DNA of 64,000 nt from an uncultured Bacilli bacterium (GTDB taxonomy: Bacteria; Bacillota_I; Bacilli_A; RFN20; CAG-826): positions 1,611-65,610 of the forward strand of contig CAKUWP010000011.1 in assembly GCA_934699525.1 (NCBI GenBank), in the 5' to 3' direction. Positions within the stretch are counted from its first letter, which is position 1. Each line of letters begins with the position of its first letter. Below the pieces are notes generated by a model. It was given only the letters and a program-made list of their open reading frames with translations, had not been told where the DNA came from and searched no databases. Shown here one piece after another: positions 1 through 9,275 of the stretch. The position numbers and the translations under genes are program-made.

Positions 1-9
1 ACGCACGAT

Positions 10-510
10 TTGCCTTATTTCCAAGATGGCAACACCAAGATATTTGTCCCCGTATTTCCTCGTTCTATTAACAATATATATTCGGATAATTTTTTCTCGT
101 TTAAAGATAGAAATTTTAAGAAATTGCTAACTCATTTTGAAGCTTTGCTCATTGATCCATTCGACACATACGGTCCTGAACTTTACAATTCTTTTTTCAC
201 GAAACTGGTAAAGGTTAAAACTGTTAAAGGAGAGATGGTCTATTATAACTACGATTCCTATGAAATTTATATTGTGAACGAAGAAGGAAGACTTGAGGTG
301 TCTATTCCTTTGTTCGACCGCGGATTACATCGAAAAAATACAAACCATATGTTGGAAAGAATCGAGCCTGTCCTTAATGCATACTTCGAGAACAATAAGG
401 AAGAATTTGTGAAAAGACTGGTTGATAATAAGTTAATATCTAGTAGTTTTGTCTATAAAAATAAATTCGATGAACACAAGTTTTTTAGGAAAATAGATAA
501 AGGGATTTAA
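10..510 (+). CDS. hypothetical protein, possibly 5'-truncated at the window edge since the frame is open to position 1
   Basis: 166-aa ORF ending 6 nt before the next gene. No recognisable motifs. Confidence 0.4.
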   Translation: MPYFQDGNTKIFVPVFPRSINNIYSDNFFSFKDRNFKKLLTHFEALLIDPFDTYGPELYNSFFTKLVKVKTVKGEMVYYNYDSYEIYIVNEEGRLEVSIPLFDRGLHRKNTNHMLERIEPVLNAYFENNKEEFVKRLVDNKLISSSFVYKNKFDEHKFFRKIDKGI

Positions 511-515
511 ATAAT

Positions 516-1796
516 ATGAAATATTTTCTACATTCTTTAGGATGCAAGGTAAATTCCTATGAACTATCCGCGATTGGGACTGAACTTTCATCCCACGGAT
601 ATTCCCCATGTGAAAACGCGCAAGACGCTGATGTCATTATTATTAATACATGCTCTGTAACTGGCAGAGCGGATCAAAAATCTCGCCAGCATATTTCTTC
701 CTATCGAAAAGGAAACCCTAATGCGATTATTGTCGTGATGGGATGTTATTCACAGAAACACGGAGAGGAAGCGGAATCCCTGGGAGCTAACCTTGTTTTT
801 GGATCGGCGGATCGTTCCAAGATTTACGAGGCCATTGAAACCTTTTTAAAAACAAAAATTAATTGCATTGACATTAAATCTAACGTTCGAAAAGAAACCT
901 ATGAAGAGTTAGGCTTTTCAGCTTTTTGCGACAATGCGCGTGCCTATTTAAAAGTTCAAGATGGGTGCAACAATTTTTGCTCGTATTGCCTTATCCCTTT
1001 TTTACGTGGGAATTCGCGCTCTCGTGATCCCCGCATGGTGATAGATGAAGCTAAAAAGCTTGTTTCCAATGGATATAAAGAAATCGTCATCACAGGAATT
1101 CATATCGGCGCCTATGGTTTGGACCTTGGAGACGGTTCTTTTCGCCTTCCTCATTTAATTGAAAGCATTTTAGTTGCCTGTCCTACCTTGCCTCGAATTC
1201 GGATTTCTTCCATCGAAGAGTCAGAAATACAAGATGATTTCTTGGATTTGCTAGCTCGTTACCCCCAAGTTGTCGATCATTTACATATCCCTCTGCAGTC
1301 CGGATCGGTCACCGTGCTCCAGCGCATGAAAAGGAAGTACGACACGGCATCTTTTCTTTCCAAGTTAGTGGCCATTCGTCGAATTCGACCCCAAATCGCA
1401 ATAACAACAGACGTCATCGCGGGTTTTCCTCGGGAAAGTGACGTAGAATGGCAAGAAACCATGGATTTTTGCAGACAAGCTGATTTTGCCGAGATTCATG
1501 TCTTTCCTTTTTCTTCGCGGCCAGGCACACTCGCACACGCCTTGCCCGATGTGGATCCTAAAATAAAAAAAGCACGCGTTCGCCAACTATTGGATTTGTC
1601 TCGTGAACTCCGTGAAAATTACAAAAAACGATTCTTTAACCAAGATCTGCCCGTGCTTTTTGAAGATTTTGATCCTAAATCCGGTTATGCCTATGGCCAT
1701 ACCTCCAACTATCTGCTAGTTAAGATAAAATCGGAAAAACCGCTCCATGGGGAAATGATTCTTGTAACATATAATAATGAGACGGCATCGGATTAA
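516..1796 (+). CDS. mtaB: radical-SAM tRNA methylthiotransferase (MtaB/YqeV-like; MiaB/RimO family)
   Basis: N-terminal MTTase domain (LGCKVN..). Radical SAM CxxxCxxC motif (CNNFCSYC). C-terminal TRAM-like segment. 426 aa. Confidence 0.75.
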   Translation: MKYFLHSLGCKVNSYELSAIGTELSSHGYSPCENAQDADVIIINTCSVTGRADQKSRQHISSYRKGNPNAIIVVMGCYSQKHGEEAESLGANLVFGSADRSKIYEAIETFLKTKINCIDIKSNVRKETYEELGFSAFCDNARAYLKVQDGCNNFCSYCLIPFLRGNSRSRDPRMVIDEAKKLVSNGYKEIVITGIHIGAYGLDLGDGSFRLPHLIESILVACPTLPRIRISSIEESEIQDDFLDLLARYPQVVDHLHIPLQSGSVTVLQRMKRKYDTASFLSKLVAIRRIRPQIAITTDVIAGFPRESDVEWQETMDFCRQADFAEIHVFPFSSRPGTLAHALPDVDPKIKKARVRQLLDLSRELRENYKKRFFNQDLPVLFEDFDPKSGYAYGHTSNYLLVKIKSEKPLHGEMILVTYNNETASD

Positions 1797-1884
1797 TTTT
1801 AAATTTTTTGGACATCTTCTAATAATTCGAGTTGAAGTCTAATCTTTATTTCATATAATTCCTTCGTTCGAAAGGAGTTTTCAA

Positions 1885-2076
1885 ATGGCAGTCCCACAAC
1901 GTCGCACGAGCAAAACTCGTAAACGTCTACGCCGTACGCATTTCAAACTCGAGGTCACCGGATTGGTCGCCTGCCCGCACTGTGGCGCGATGATCCGTTC
2001 CCATCGCGTTTGCCCCGAATGCGGCTATTACAACGGCAAAGAAGTTATCTCTGTTAAAAAGAAAGAACAGAAATAA
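1885..2076 (+). CDS. rpmF: 50S ribosomal protein L32
   Basis: [14 protein letters not shown].. N-terminus and CxxC..CxxC zinc ribbon. RBS AAAGGAG upstream. Confidence 0.95.
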   Translation: MAVPQRRTSKTRKRLRRTHFKLEVTGLVACPHCGAMIRSHRVCPECGYYNGKEVISVKKKEQK

Positions 2077-2080
2077 TGCA

Positions 2081-2106
2081 AGCGTGCCCTTCGGCACGTT
2101 TTTTTC
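2081..2106 (+). terminator. intrinsic terminator after rpmF
   Basis: Hairpin GCGTGCC-cttc-GGCACG followed by a T7 tract. Confidence 0.7.
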
Positions 2107-2121
2107 ACATAAGGAGCATTT

Positions 2122-2778
2122 ATGGAATTCAATAAACTATTTGATCACACCCTTTTAAAACAAGAGGCAACATCGAAAGAAATTATCGCTTTGTGCAACG
2201 AAGCAAAACAATATCGCTTTGCCTCCGTTTGTGTTAACCCCTGCTTTGTCCCTCTTTGTGCCAAAGAATTGGAAGGGAGCGACGTGAAGGTATGCACCGT
2301 CGTTGGCTTTCCCTTGGGGGCCAATAGCGTCTCAATCAAGGCTGCAGAGGCCTCTATTGCCGTGGATGAAGGTGCTCAAGAAGTAGATATGGTCATCAAC
2401 ACTGGAAAAGTGAAAGAGGCCGATTTTGCCTACACGGAAGAAGAAGTTCGTCGGGTTAAGGAAGCAATCGGGGATACTACTTTGAAAGTCATTTTGGAAA
2501 CATCCATTCTGACCGACGAGGAAATTAAAGAGGCTTGTCTGGCCTCCGTTCGTGGCGGCGCCCAATTCGTAAAAACCAGCACAGGATTCAATAAAGCGGG
2601 CGGAGCAAGCGTTCATGCCGTGCGCATTATGAGAGAAACCGTTGGAGAAAACGTTGGTGTAAAAGCCAGCGGTGGAATTCACCATTTGTCCGAAGTGGAA
2701 GAAATGGTGGAAGCCGGGGCGAACCGCATTGGTTGCAGTGCCTCCGTTAACATCATGAAAGAAAAAGAGTTGTTCTAA
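2122..2778 (+). CDS. deoC: deoxyribose-phosphate aldolase
   Basis: DeoC fold with Schiff-base lysine motif FVKTSTGF. 218 aa. Confidence 0.9.
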   Translation: MEFNKLFDHTLLKQEATSKEIIALCNEAKQYRFASVCVNPCFVPLCAKELEGSDVKVCTVVGFPLGANSVSIKAAEASIAVDEGAQEVDMVINTGKVKEADFAYTEEEVRRVKEAIGDTTLKVILETSILTDEEIKEACLASVRGGAQFVKTSTGFNKAGGASVHAVRIMRETVGENVGVKASGGIHHLSEVEEMVEAGANRIGCSASVNIMKEKELF

Positions 2779-2913
2779 TTTTGGAAACCTCCATTTAAAA
2801 AACGTTAAGATTTTGCAGAAAGCCAGTAAAAATCAATTCGATTAATGCTGGCTTTTTTTGATTCATGTGTGCATTTTTTCGCGGAAACGCAAATCTATTC
2901 GTTAAATGTATGT

Positions 2914-4119
2914 ATGAAAATTATTTATCAATGTCAAAGCAAAGGATGCGGTTATGCCTGCGTTAAAATGCTGTTATGCAAACGCGATAAAAACCGAAAT
3001 TGGGCGTACGCCGATGAACCGGAGGCCGAGCGAAACGCCCCTTCCCTAAACGAGATAAAGGAATACGGAGCTAAGTATGGCTTAAATCTTCGATCCTATC
3101 GCGTTGGAAGCCCCTATGATTGGAGGTTTTTGGCTTCTAAAAATGCACTAGTGCTTCTAGAAGAAGACGGTCTTCAGCATATGTGCGTTTTAGCAAAGGC
3201 CTCAAATTCAGATTTGACCATATTGGACCCCTCTAGAGGAAAAAGAAAAATTAAGATTAGAAAATTTGAAACGATATTCTCTGGCGCTGTGATGGTAACG
3301 GATTTGGGCGTCGTGTCTCGGAAAAAGGATGTCCCTAAGCCAAACATGCGTTCCATAAAAAACGGCTGGATTCCAATGTTGTTGTCCTTTGCGTCCGTCT
3401 TTTTGATTGGAATGGGCTTCCTTTTATCAGAAAGAGCATCCAAGTGGATTGCTTTGCCTTTTTATCTCGTCGGATTAATGAGTTTAGGCCTATTTTTAGT
3501 TTGTTCCCGTTATCTCCAGTCTGCCTTTGATCGGAAATATCAACGATGCTTGTTGGAGGAAGATCCTGATTTACGCAAAGAGTTATTCACCCATTATTAC
3601 ACTTATAAAAACGCGATATTTGGAACAATTCCTCGTGTTTCCTGCGAAATTGGAATTCTTTGTTCGCTGCTGTTCTACATCAGTTTTACTAGCCCTTGGC
3701 AAGGCGTGATGTTGGGAATTGCGGGGGTAGTTTTGCTGATTATGCTCTGTTTTATTCAAAAACGTTCCGCCCAAATAGCGAAAGATGTGGAAAAAGGCGA
3801 AGACGATTTTTTAAGGGGAGAGAGCGACAAAAAAGGATTAGAAAATAAGCAACAATCTTACCAAAAGAAGGGGGTTAGGTATTCTCGTTTATGGCTTCTT
3901 AAAATTTTAACCGTCCTGTTCGTTTCTCTTTTGTTTTGCTTAGGCAGCAGTTTAACCAAACAGAACCTCGAGGGATCATCTTACTTAGAAAATTTGATTC
4001 TTTGCCTGCTATTTTCTATTCAGATTAACGATTTGGCATCCTATTTGCCCTCAATTTTAAGTAACCGGAGCGAAGCATCCTATTTTTGGTTTCATTTTGT
4101 ACGCACAAGCGGGAAATAA
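2914..4119 (+). CDS. integral membrane protein with an N-terminal C39-type (bacteriocin-processing-like) cysteine peptidase domain and no ABC ATPase
   Basis: Q..CGYAC motif (catalytic Cys) and later LQHMCVL..ILDP His motif, typical of peptidase C39. Followed by about 6 predicted TM helices. The ORF is open from 2845; the start is more likely the M at 2914. Confidence 0.55.
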   Translation: MKIIYQCQSKGCGYACVKMLLCKRDKNRNWAYADEPEAERNAPSLNEIKEYGAKYGLNLRSYRVGSPYDWRFLASKNALVLLEEDGLQHMCVLAKASNSDLTILDPSRGKRKIKIRKFETIFSGAVMVTDLGVVSRKKDVPKPNMRSIKNGWIPMLLSFASVFLIGMGFLLSERASKWIALPFYLVGLMSLGLFLVCSRYLQSAFDRKYQRCLLEEDPDLRKELFTHYYTYKNAIFGTIPRVSCEIGILCSLLFYISFTSPWQGVMLGIAGVVLLIMLCFIQKRSAQIAKDVEKGEDDFLRGESDKKGLENKQQSYQKKGVRYSRLWLLKILTVLFVSLLFCLGSSLTKQNLEGSSYLENLILCLLFSIQINDLASYLPSILSNRSEASYFWFHFVRTSGK

Positions 4120-4151
4120 ATCAAGCAAAGGTCGATAAAATCGGTTAAAAT

Positions 4152-5282
4152 ATGCTCATGCTCGAAGGGTTTGTTTGGCGAGAAGCTGAAAATGGTCCCG
4201 CGTTTCATCTCTGCGGAACGCTAAAGGGAGTCACTTTTCTATACGGCGATGATTCGAGCGCCATTGTCAATTTCTTTATCCATCCACAACCTGACTGGCA
4301 TGGGGAATTTTCACTAGATGGCCGGCCCATTTCGAATCCAATTTCGGCTTATATTCTAAGGAAATACGTAGATTTAGCCCTTTTCTTAGAAGAAGTTAAA
4401 AACCAAGAGAATACCAATTTTCTTTTCTTGGATTTCTCCTGTTTGAATGCATTGGAACAATCGCTTTCTCTACAACGAATTCTGGACCAAATGTCTTTAT
4501 GCCGCCTTCTTATTTATGCTCCTAAAATTACGCCTCGCTCGTTGGGTGTAAACATTGGAAATGAATGGTCCCCTTATAAAGAGATTGGTTGCGTGGAGGA
4601 CAAAACGCGGTTGGCCCAAGCTTTTGATGGTCTCATTGGGGATCTGGCATGGGATAAAGAACCGTCAGAAGGATCCTTGGTCCAAGACCTGAAAACCGTT
4701 TGGCTAAAAACCCCCTCTATCCCCGAGCCCTTAGACGCGGAAGAATCGAACAACCGCCTTAATGAAAATCAAAAAGAGGCGAAAGCAATCTCCCAAAAAG
4801 AAGATGATACAAATAGAAAACATTCGCAGGTCACAAAAAGGAATGGAAGGTCCAATTGGAGCGAAATCTCCAATGACTTCAAGAAAAATTGGGTTAATCA
4901 TGCATTCTTTTTCCTTTTCGAAGCACTTTCCTTCTGTGTTTTGATTCTTTGCAAATGCTCTCAAAATGTTACTCCGCTGTTTTTTGGATTATCCATTGGA
5001 TTAAACGCGCTGTTTGCCTTTTTGTGTGCTCTTCCCGTTTCTTTTATTGCAGAAGATAACGGCAACGACCAACTGACCCCTTCTCTTAAATTCGGCTTTG
5101 CTTGCAGTTTTGTGCTTGCCGTTGTTGGCATTGTTCTTTCCGTTGTTTTCTCTTTATCGGCAGAGGAGCGACGAATTATTTCTTACTTTGCAATTCCCTA
5201 TGGGGCGTCTCCTTTGATATGCTATTTGGCCTGCTATTACCAATGGCGTAAGGCGGAAAGGAAAAAGGAGGATAAGCATTAA
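4152..5282 (+). CDS. membrane protein with a roughly 240-aa N-terminal cytoplasmic domain resembling a degenerate ABC nucleotide-binding domain, then about 4 TM helices
   Basis: FLFLDFSCLNALEQSLSLQRILDQ resembles the Walker B/D-loop region (LLLDEPTSALD..) with the catalytic E replaced by F. GDDSSAIV sits at the Walker A position without the lysine. C-terminal hydrophobic helices. Confidence 0.4.
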   Translation: MLMLEGFVWREAENGPAFHLCGTLKGVTFLYGDDSSAIVNFFIHPQPDWHGEFSLDGRPISNPISAYILRKYVDLALFLEEVKNQENTNFLFLDFSCLNALEQSLSLQRILDQMSLCRLLIYAPKITPRSLGVNIGNEWSPYKEIGCVEDKTRLAQAFDGLIGDLAWDKEPSEGSLVQDLKTVWLKTPSIPEPLDAEESNNRLNENQKEAKAISQKEDDTNRKHSQVTKRNGRSNWSEISNDFKKNWVNHAFFFLFEALSFCVLILCKCSQNVTPLFFGLSIGLNALFAFLCALPVSFIAEDNGNDQLTPSLKFGFACSFVLAVVGIVLSVVFSLSAEERRIISYFAIPYGASPLICYLACYYQWRKAERKKEDKH

Positions 5283-5752
5283 TGGAATTAGAATTTGATA
5301 ATCGATTTGATGCCCAATTTGACGAATGGGAAAGCAAATATGAATCGCTTTTGAATGTGATTGCCTCCCTTTTATCGATTCGTAAAAATTATGAAATTGA
5401 CCTAAGTTTGGTCGGAGAAGAAGAAATACACGCGATTAATCGCGATTATCGTGGCATAGATCGGGTAACTGACGTTATTAGTTTTGCTTTTGAGGATGAT
5501 CATAGTGATTTGGGGAAAATCGTAGGGGGAGATGACGTTCCCGTCTTGCTCGGAGAAATCTTTATTTGCATCCCCCAGGCCCTCCGTCAAGCCCAAGAAT
5601 TTGGCAATACCCCTGAGCGCGAACTCTCCTTCCTTTTCGTCCACGGAATGCTTCATTTGCTTGGATATGACCACGTGACAAAGAAACAAGAAGAAGTGAT
5701 GTTTCCTCTTCAAGAAAAGATTTTAAAAGCCTGGAAGGAGATTAACCCATGA
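5282..5752 (+). CDS. ybeY: rRNA maturation endoribonuclease YbeY
   Basis: HGMLHLLGYDH zinc-binding motif. 156 aa. Start overlaps the upstream stop (TAATG). Confidence 0.9.
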   Translation: MELEFDNRFDAQFDEWESKYESLLNVIASLLSIRKNYEIDLSLVGEEEIHAINRDYRGIDRVTDVISFAFEDDHSDLGKIVGGDDVPVLLGEIFICIPQALRQAQEFGNTPERELSFLFVHGMLHLLGYDHVTKKQEEVMFPLQEKILKAWKEINP

Positions 5753-6153
5753 TATTAAGCCCGGAAGAGCTGCTTGATATAGCAAAGCAGGCACGCGCCT
5801 TGTCTTATTCCCCTTATTCGCATTTTGCAGTAGGGGCGGCATTAGAATGTGCTGACGGGAGCGTTTTTTGTGGAGCCAACATTGAAAACGCATCGTTCCC
5901 TCTTAGCATGTGTGCAGAAAGAAACGCCATCTATCACGCCTTGATGCGTGGAAAAAAGAAAGAAGATTTTGTTTCCCTCGCTATTGTGGCCGATACGGAT
6001 GAACCCTGTTCTCCATGTGGGGCTTGCCGCCAGGTCTTGTGGGAACTGTTCCCACTAGATGCGCCCATTTATCTAGGAAATCTAAAAAACGAAACAAAAT
6101 ACGTAACGGCGAAAGAACTCTTGCCGTTCGCATTCAAAGGAGAAGATTTATGA
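5749..6153 (+). CDS. cdd: cytidine deaminase
   Basis: CAERNA and PCGACRQ zinc-ligand motifs. 134 aa. ATGA overlap with ybeY. Confidence 0.9.
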   Translation: MILSPEELLDIAKQARALSYSPYSHFAVGAALECADGSVFCGANIENASFPLSMCAERNAIYHALMRGKKKEDFVSLAIVADTDEPCSPCGACRQVLWELFPLDAPIYLGNLKNETKYVTAKELLPFAFKGEDL

Positions 6154-7031
6154 AAATTGGTACAATCGCCATTATGGGGCGCCCCAACGTGGGGAAAAGC
6201 ACCTTTTTAAATTGTGTACTTTCAAAAAAGATTTCAATCGTTTCCCCCAGGGCCCAAACTACCCGCGACTCGATCTGTGGTATTTTGACGGAAAAGGATC
6301 GTCAGTATGTCTTTGTAGATACTCCAGGGATTTACTATGGGGATGGCAAACTGGAATCCCACATGCGTCGTGCAGCCTTTGGAAGTTCCCGTGGAGTGGA
6401 TGCAATTTTGTACTTTCTTGACGCATCTTCCGATTCGCTAGACCAAGATTTAAAAATTGTGTCTTCGATTAAAACGGATTCCCCACTTTTGTTCGTCCTT
6501 AATAAAATCGACCTTATTAAAGTGGAAAAAGCTCGAGAAATCGAAGAAAAACTTAAAATCGCTTATCCGAATTCTTTGGTGATTGAAGCATCGTTTAAAG
6601 AAAATTTCGGCATCAAAGAGGTTAAAGCGGCCCTCGAGCCTTATCTCACGGAAGGGGAACCCCTTTATCCTAAAGATTATTTGACTGATAAGGACCGAGA
6701 ATACCAAGCTAAAGAAGTGATCCGCGAAAAATTATTGCATTTCCTTTTTGACGAAATTCCTCATCAAAGCGCTGTTCGTATCGATGAATTCATCAAAGAA
6801 GGTGGAGGTTACAACATTTCCGCCACCATCATTGTGGAAAAGAAGGCTCACAAAGGAATTGTGATTGGTCAAGGCGGACAAATGATAAAAAAAATATCGA
6901 TGTCTGCTCGCCATGAATTGGAAAGAATGTGGCATGAACACGTCACTCATCTAACCATTGAAGTTGAAGCCATTCCTGGCTGGAGAAACTCCCCAAAAGC
7001 CTTAATGGATTTAGGGTACAATGACAAGTGA
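6150..7031 (+). CDS. era: GTPase Era
   Basis: G1 motif GRPNVGKST, DTPG, NKID, C-terminal KH domain. The true start is the M at 6150 (ATGA overlap with cdd), not the upstream ORF start at 6015. Confidence 0.9.
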   Translation: MKIGTIAIMGRPNVGKSTFLNCVLSKKISIVSPRAQTTRDSICGILTEKDRQYVFVDTPGIYYGDGKLESHMRRAAFGSSRGVDAILYFLDASSDSLDQDLKIVSSIKTDSPLLFVLNKIDLIKVEKAREIEEKLKIAYPNSLVIEASFKENFGIKEVKAALEPYLTEGEPLYPKDYLTDKDREYQAKEVIREKLLHFLFDEIPHQSAVRIDEFIKEGGGYNISATIIVEKKAHKGIVIGQGGQMIKKISMSARHELERMWHEHVTHLTIEVEAIPGWRNSPKALMDLGYNDK

Positions 7032-7752
7032 TTGGATCAAAAGAAGCGGGATAGTCTTGCGAAACTCCACGTCCAAAGAAAGTGATGGAGTTATTACCTG
7101 CTTGTCTATGGAAGGCTTATTCAGTTTTTATGCCCATGGCGTTAAGAAGATAACGTCCAAATCGGCTATGTCGCTACAGCCCTTGAGTTCTTGTGAATTT
7201 TCTTTGTCCATAGATTCAAAAGGAAATGCGACTCTAAAAGAAGCTTCCTTGGTAGAAATTTTGCTCCCAAGTGAAAATTTAGACGCATTTTCCATCGATA
7301 ATTTACTCATTGAATTGTCTTTGCGTTTTTTGCAAGAAGATGAAGCCGCGGAAGCGTTCCCTTGGGTATCGGGCGCATTTCAAGCCATAAAAAAGGGGGG
7401 TGACCCTTATTGCGTTGGATTAATTTGTTTTGCGCACCTATTGGTAATCGGCGGAATTGGCCTTGATGTGGACGAATGCGTTTGCTGTGGCGCGAGAAAT
7501 AAAATCGAAACCATTGATCTCGATACAGGCGGATTTGTATGTCCCTCTTGCTTTCGGACTGAAACCATGGGCAAGGTATCGAGGGAAGTTTTGAAAATTT
7601 ATCGTTACATTTTTAAAGCGCCCCTTGTCGATTACGGGCGCGTGAATTTAGGTTGGGAAACTTGTCGACCCATTTATTTGTCCCTTGGTCATTATTTAGA
7701 AAAGAATACGGGCGTAAAACTGCGGACCTTGGATTTATTATCTAAGATTTGA
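7021..7752 (+). CDS. recO: DNA repair protein RecO
   Basis: 243 aa. CxxC..CxxC zinc finger (CVCCGARN..CPSC). Conserved era-recO synteny. Confidence 0.8.
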   Translation: MTSDWIKRSGIVLRNSTSKESDGVITCLSMEGLFSFYAHGVKKITSKSAMSLQPLSSCEFSLSIDSKGNATLKEASLVEILLPSENLDAFSIDNLLIELSLRFLQEDEAAEAFPWVSGAFQAIKKGGDPYCVGLICFAHLLVIGGIGLDVDECVCCGARNKIETIDLDTGGFVCPSCFRTETMGKVSREVLKIYRYIFKAPLVDYGRVNLGWETCRPIYLSLGHYLEKNTGVKLRTLDLLSKI

Positions 7753-7785
7753 TTGCCCGGTTCTTCAACGTACTCTTAAAGTGGG

Positions 7786-7813
7786 TTGACACGATAGATA
7801 TCCCCCGTAACAT
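7786..7813 (+). promoter_or_regulatory. candidate sigma-A promoter for glyQS (TTGACA-16nt-TAACAT)
   Basis: -35 TTGACA at 7786-7791 and -10-like TAACAT at 7808-7813, about 50 nt upstream of the glyQS start. Confidence 0.3.
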
Positions 7814-7859
7814 TTGACAGGTTTTTTATCTGTAACAATTCGAAGATAAGGAGGCTCCA

Positions 7860-9239
7860 ATGCCAAACAAATTCTCATTTGAAACCATTACTCAACATCT
7901 CCAGAATGCCGGATTCGTCTTCCAAGGAAGCCAAATCTATGGCGGATTGTCCAACACTTGGGACTATGGGCCCTTGGGTTCGGAAATGAAAAGGAATATC
8001 CGCAATCTTTGGTGGAAAAAATTCGTTCAAGAATCCCCGACCAACGTCGGCATTGATTCCGCGATTTTAATGAACCCGAAAGTTTGGGAAGCCACGGGTC
8101 ATGTTTCGACCTTTAACGACCCAATGGTGGACTGCAAAGCCTGCAAAGCTCGCCACCGCGCGGACGAGTTAATTAAAAGCGAATATCCGGATGCGGACGT
8201 GGATGGAATGACGTTTGAGCAAATGGATGCTTTCATCAAAGAACACGCGATGACTTGCCCTGTTTGCGGCAAAAGTGATTTCACCCCGATTCGCAAGTTC
8301 AACATGATGTTTAAAACCCATATCGGTGTCACCGACGATGCGAGCAGTGTTGTTTATTTACGCCCTGAAACGGCGCAAGGCGTTTTTGTGAATTTTAAAA
8401 ACGTTCAACGCGCAACCCGTAAAAAACTTCCGTTTGGCATTTGCAATACAGGCAAAAGTTTCCGCAATGAAATTACTCCGGGGAATTTCACCTTCCGCAC
8501 TCGCGAGTTTGACCAGTGCGAAATGGAATTCTTCTGCAAGCCGGGAACAGACCTTGAATGGTTTGCTTATTGGAAAGAATATTGCCGTAAATTCGTCGAT
8601 TCTATCGGCGTAAAGGATGAAAATCTTCGTTATCGCGACCACGAACCGGCAGAATTAGCTTTTTACTCGAAAGCAACTACGGACGTCGAATACCTCTTCC
8701 CTTCGCTAGGATGGGGCGAAATCTTGGGCGTGGCCGACCGTACGGATTACGATTTAAAACGCCACATGGATTTCTCCGGTCAAGACCTTACTTATTTTGA
8801 CCCTGAAACCAACGAAAAGTACGTTCCTTACTGCATTGAGCCTTCCATGGGCCTTGACCGTTTATTCCTTATGGTCGCCGTGGATGCCTACGACGAAGAA
8901 GAACTGACTAATGGAGATAAGCGCGTTGTTATGCACTTAAAGCCAGCCCTTGCTCCGTATAAAGTTGCCGTTTTGCCCCTTTCTAAAAAACTAAATGAAG
9001 GGGCGCTAGAAATTGCAAATTCCCTCAATAAGCATTTCTCGATTTGCTACGACGAAACGGGATCCATTGGCAAACGTTATCGCCGGCAAGATGAAATTGG
9101 CACCCCCTATTGCATTTGTGTTGATTTTCAAACCGCAGAAGACCATATGGTTACGGTCCGTGACCGCGATTCCATGGAGCAAGAGCGTATCGCGATAGCG
9201 GATTTAAAGACTTATTTGGAAAATAAAATTGGGGAATAA
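7860..9239 (+). CDS. glyQS: glycine--tRNA ligase, single-chain alpha2 type
   Basis: 459 aa class II aaRS with an anticodon-binding domain. RBS AAGGAGG. Same position as glyQ/glyS in the Bacillus recO-glyS-dnaG-sigA order. Confidence 0.85.
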   Translation: MPNKFSFETITQHLQNAGFVFQGSQIYGGLSNTWDYGPLGSEMKRNIRNLWWKKFVQESPTNVGIDSAILMNPKVWEATGHVSTFNDPMVDCKACKARHRADELIKSEYPDADVDGMTFEQMDAFIKEHAMTCPVCGKSDFTPIRKFNMMFKTHIGVTDDASSVVYLRPETAQGVFVNFKNVQRATRKKLPFGICNTGKSFRNEITPGNFTFRTREFDQCEMEFFCKPGTDLEWFAYWKEYCRKFVDSIGVKDENLRYRDHEPAELAFYSKATTDVEYLFPSLGWGEILGVADRTDYDLKRHMDFSGQDLTYFDPETNEKYVPYCIEPSMGLDRLFLMVAVDAYDEEELTNGDKRVVMHLKPALAPYKVAVLPLSKKLNEGALEIANSLNKHFSICYDETGSIGKRYRRQDEIGTPYCICVDFQTAEDHMVTVRDRDSMEQERIAIADLKTYLENKIGE

Positions 9240-9275
9240 CAAACGGAATACGGAAAGAAAGGAGGAGAAATCGAC

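Noticed and set aside
6212-6421. 69-aa ORF in an alternative frame
   Set aside because: Lies entirely inside era in another reading frame. A spurious six-frame ORF.
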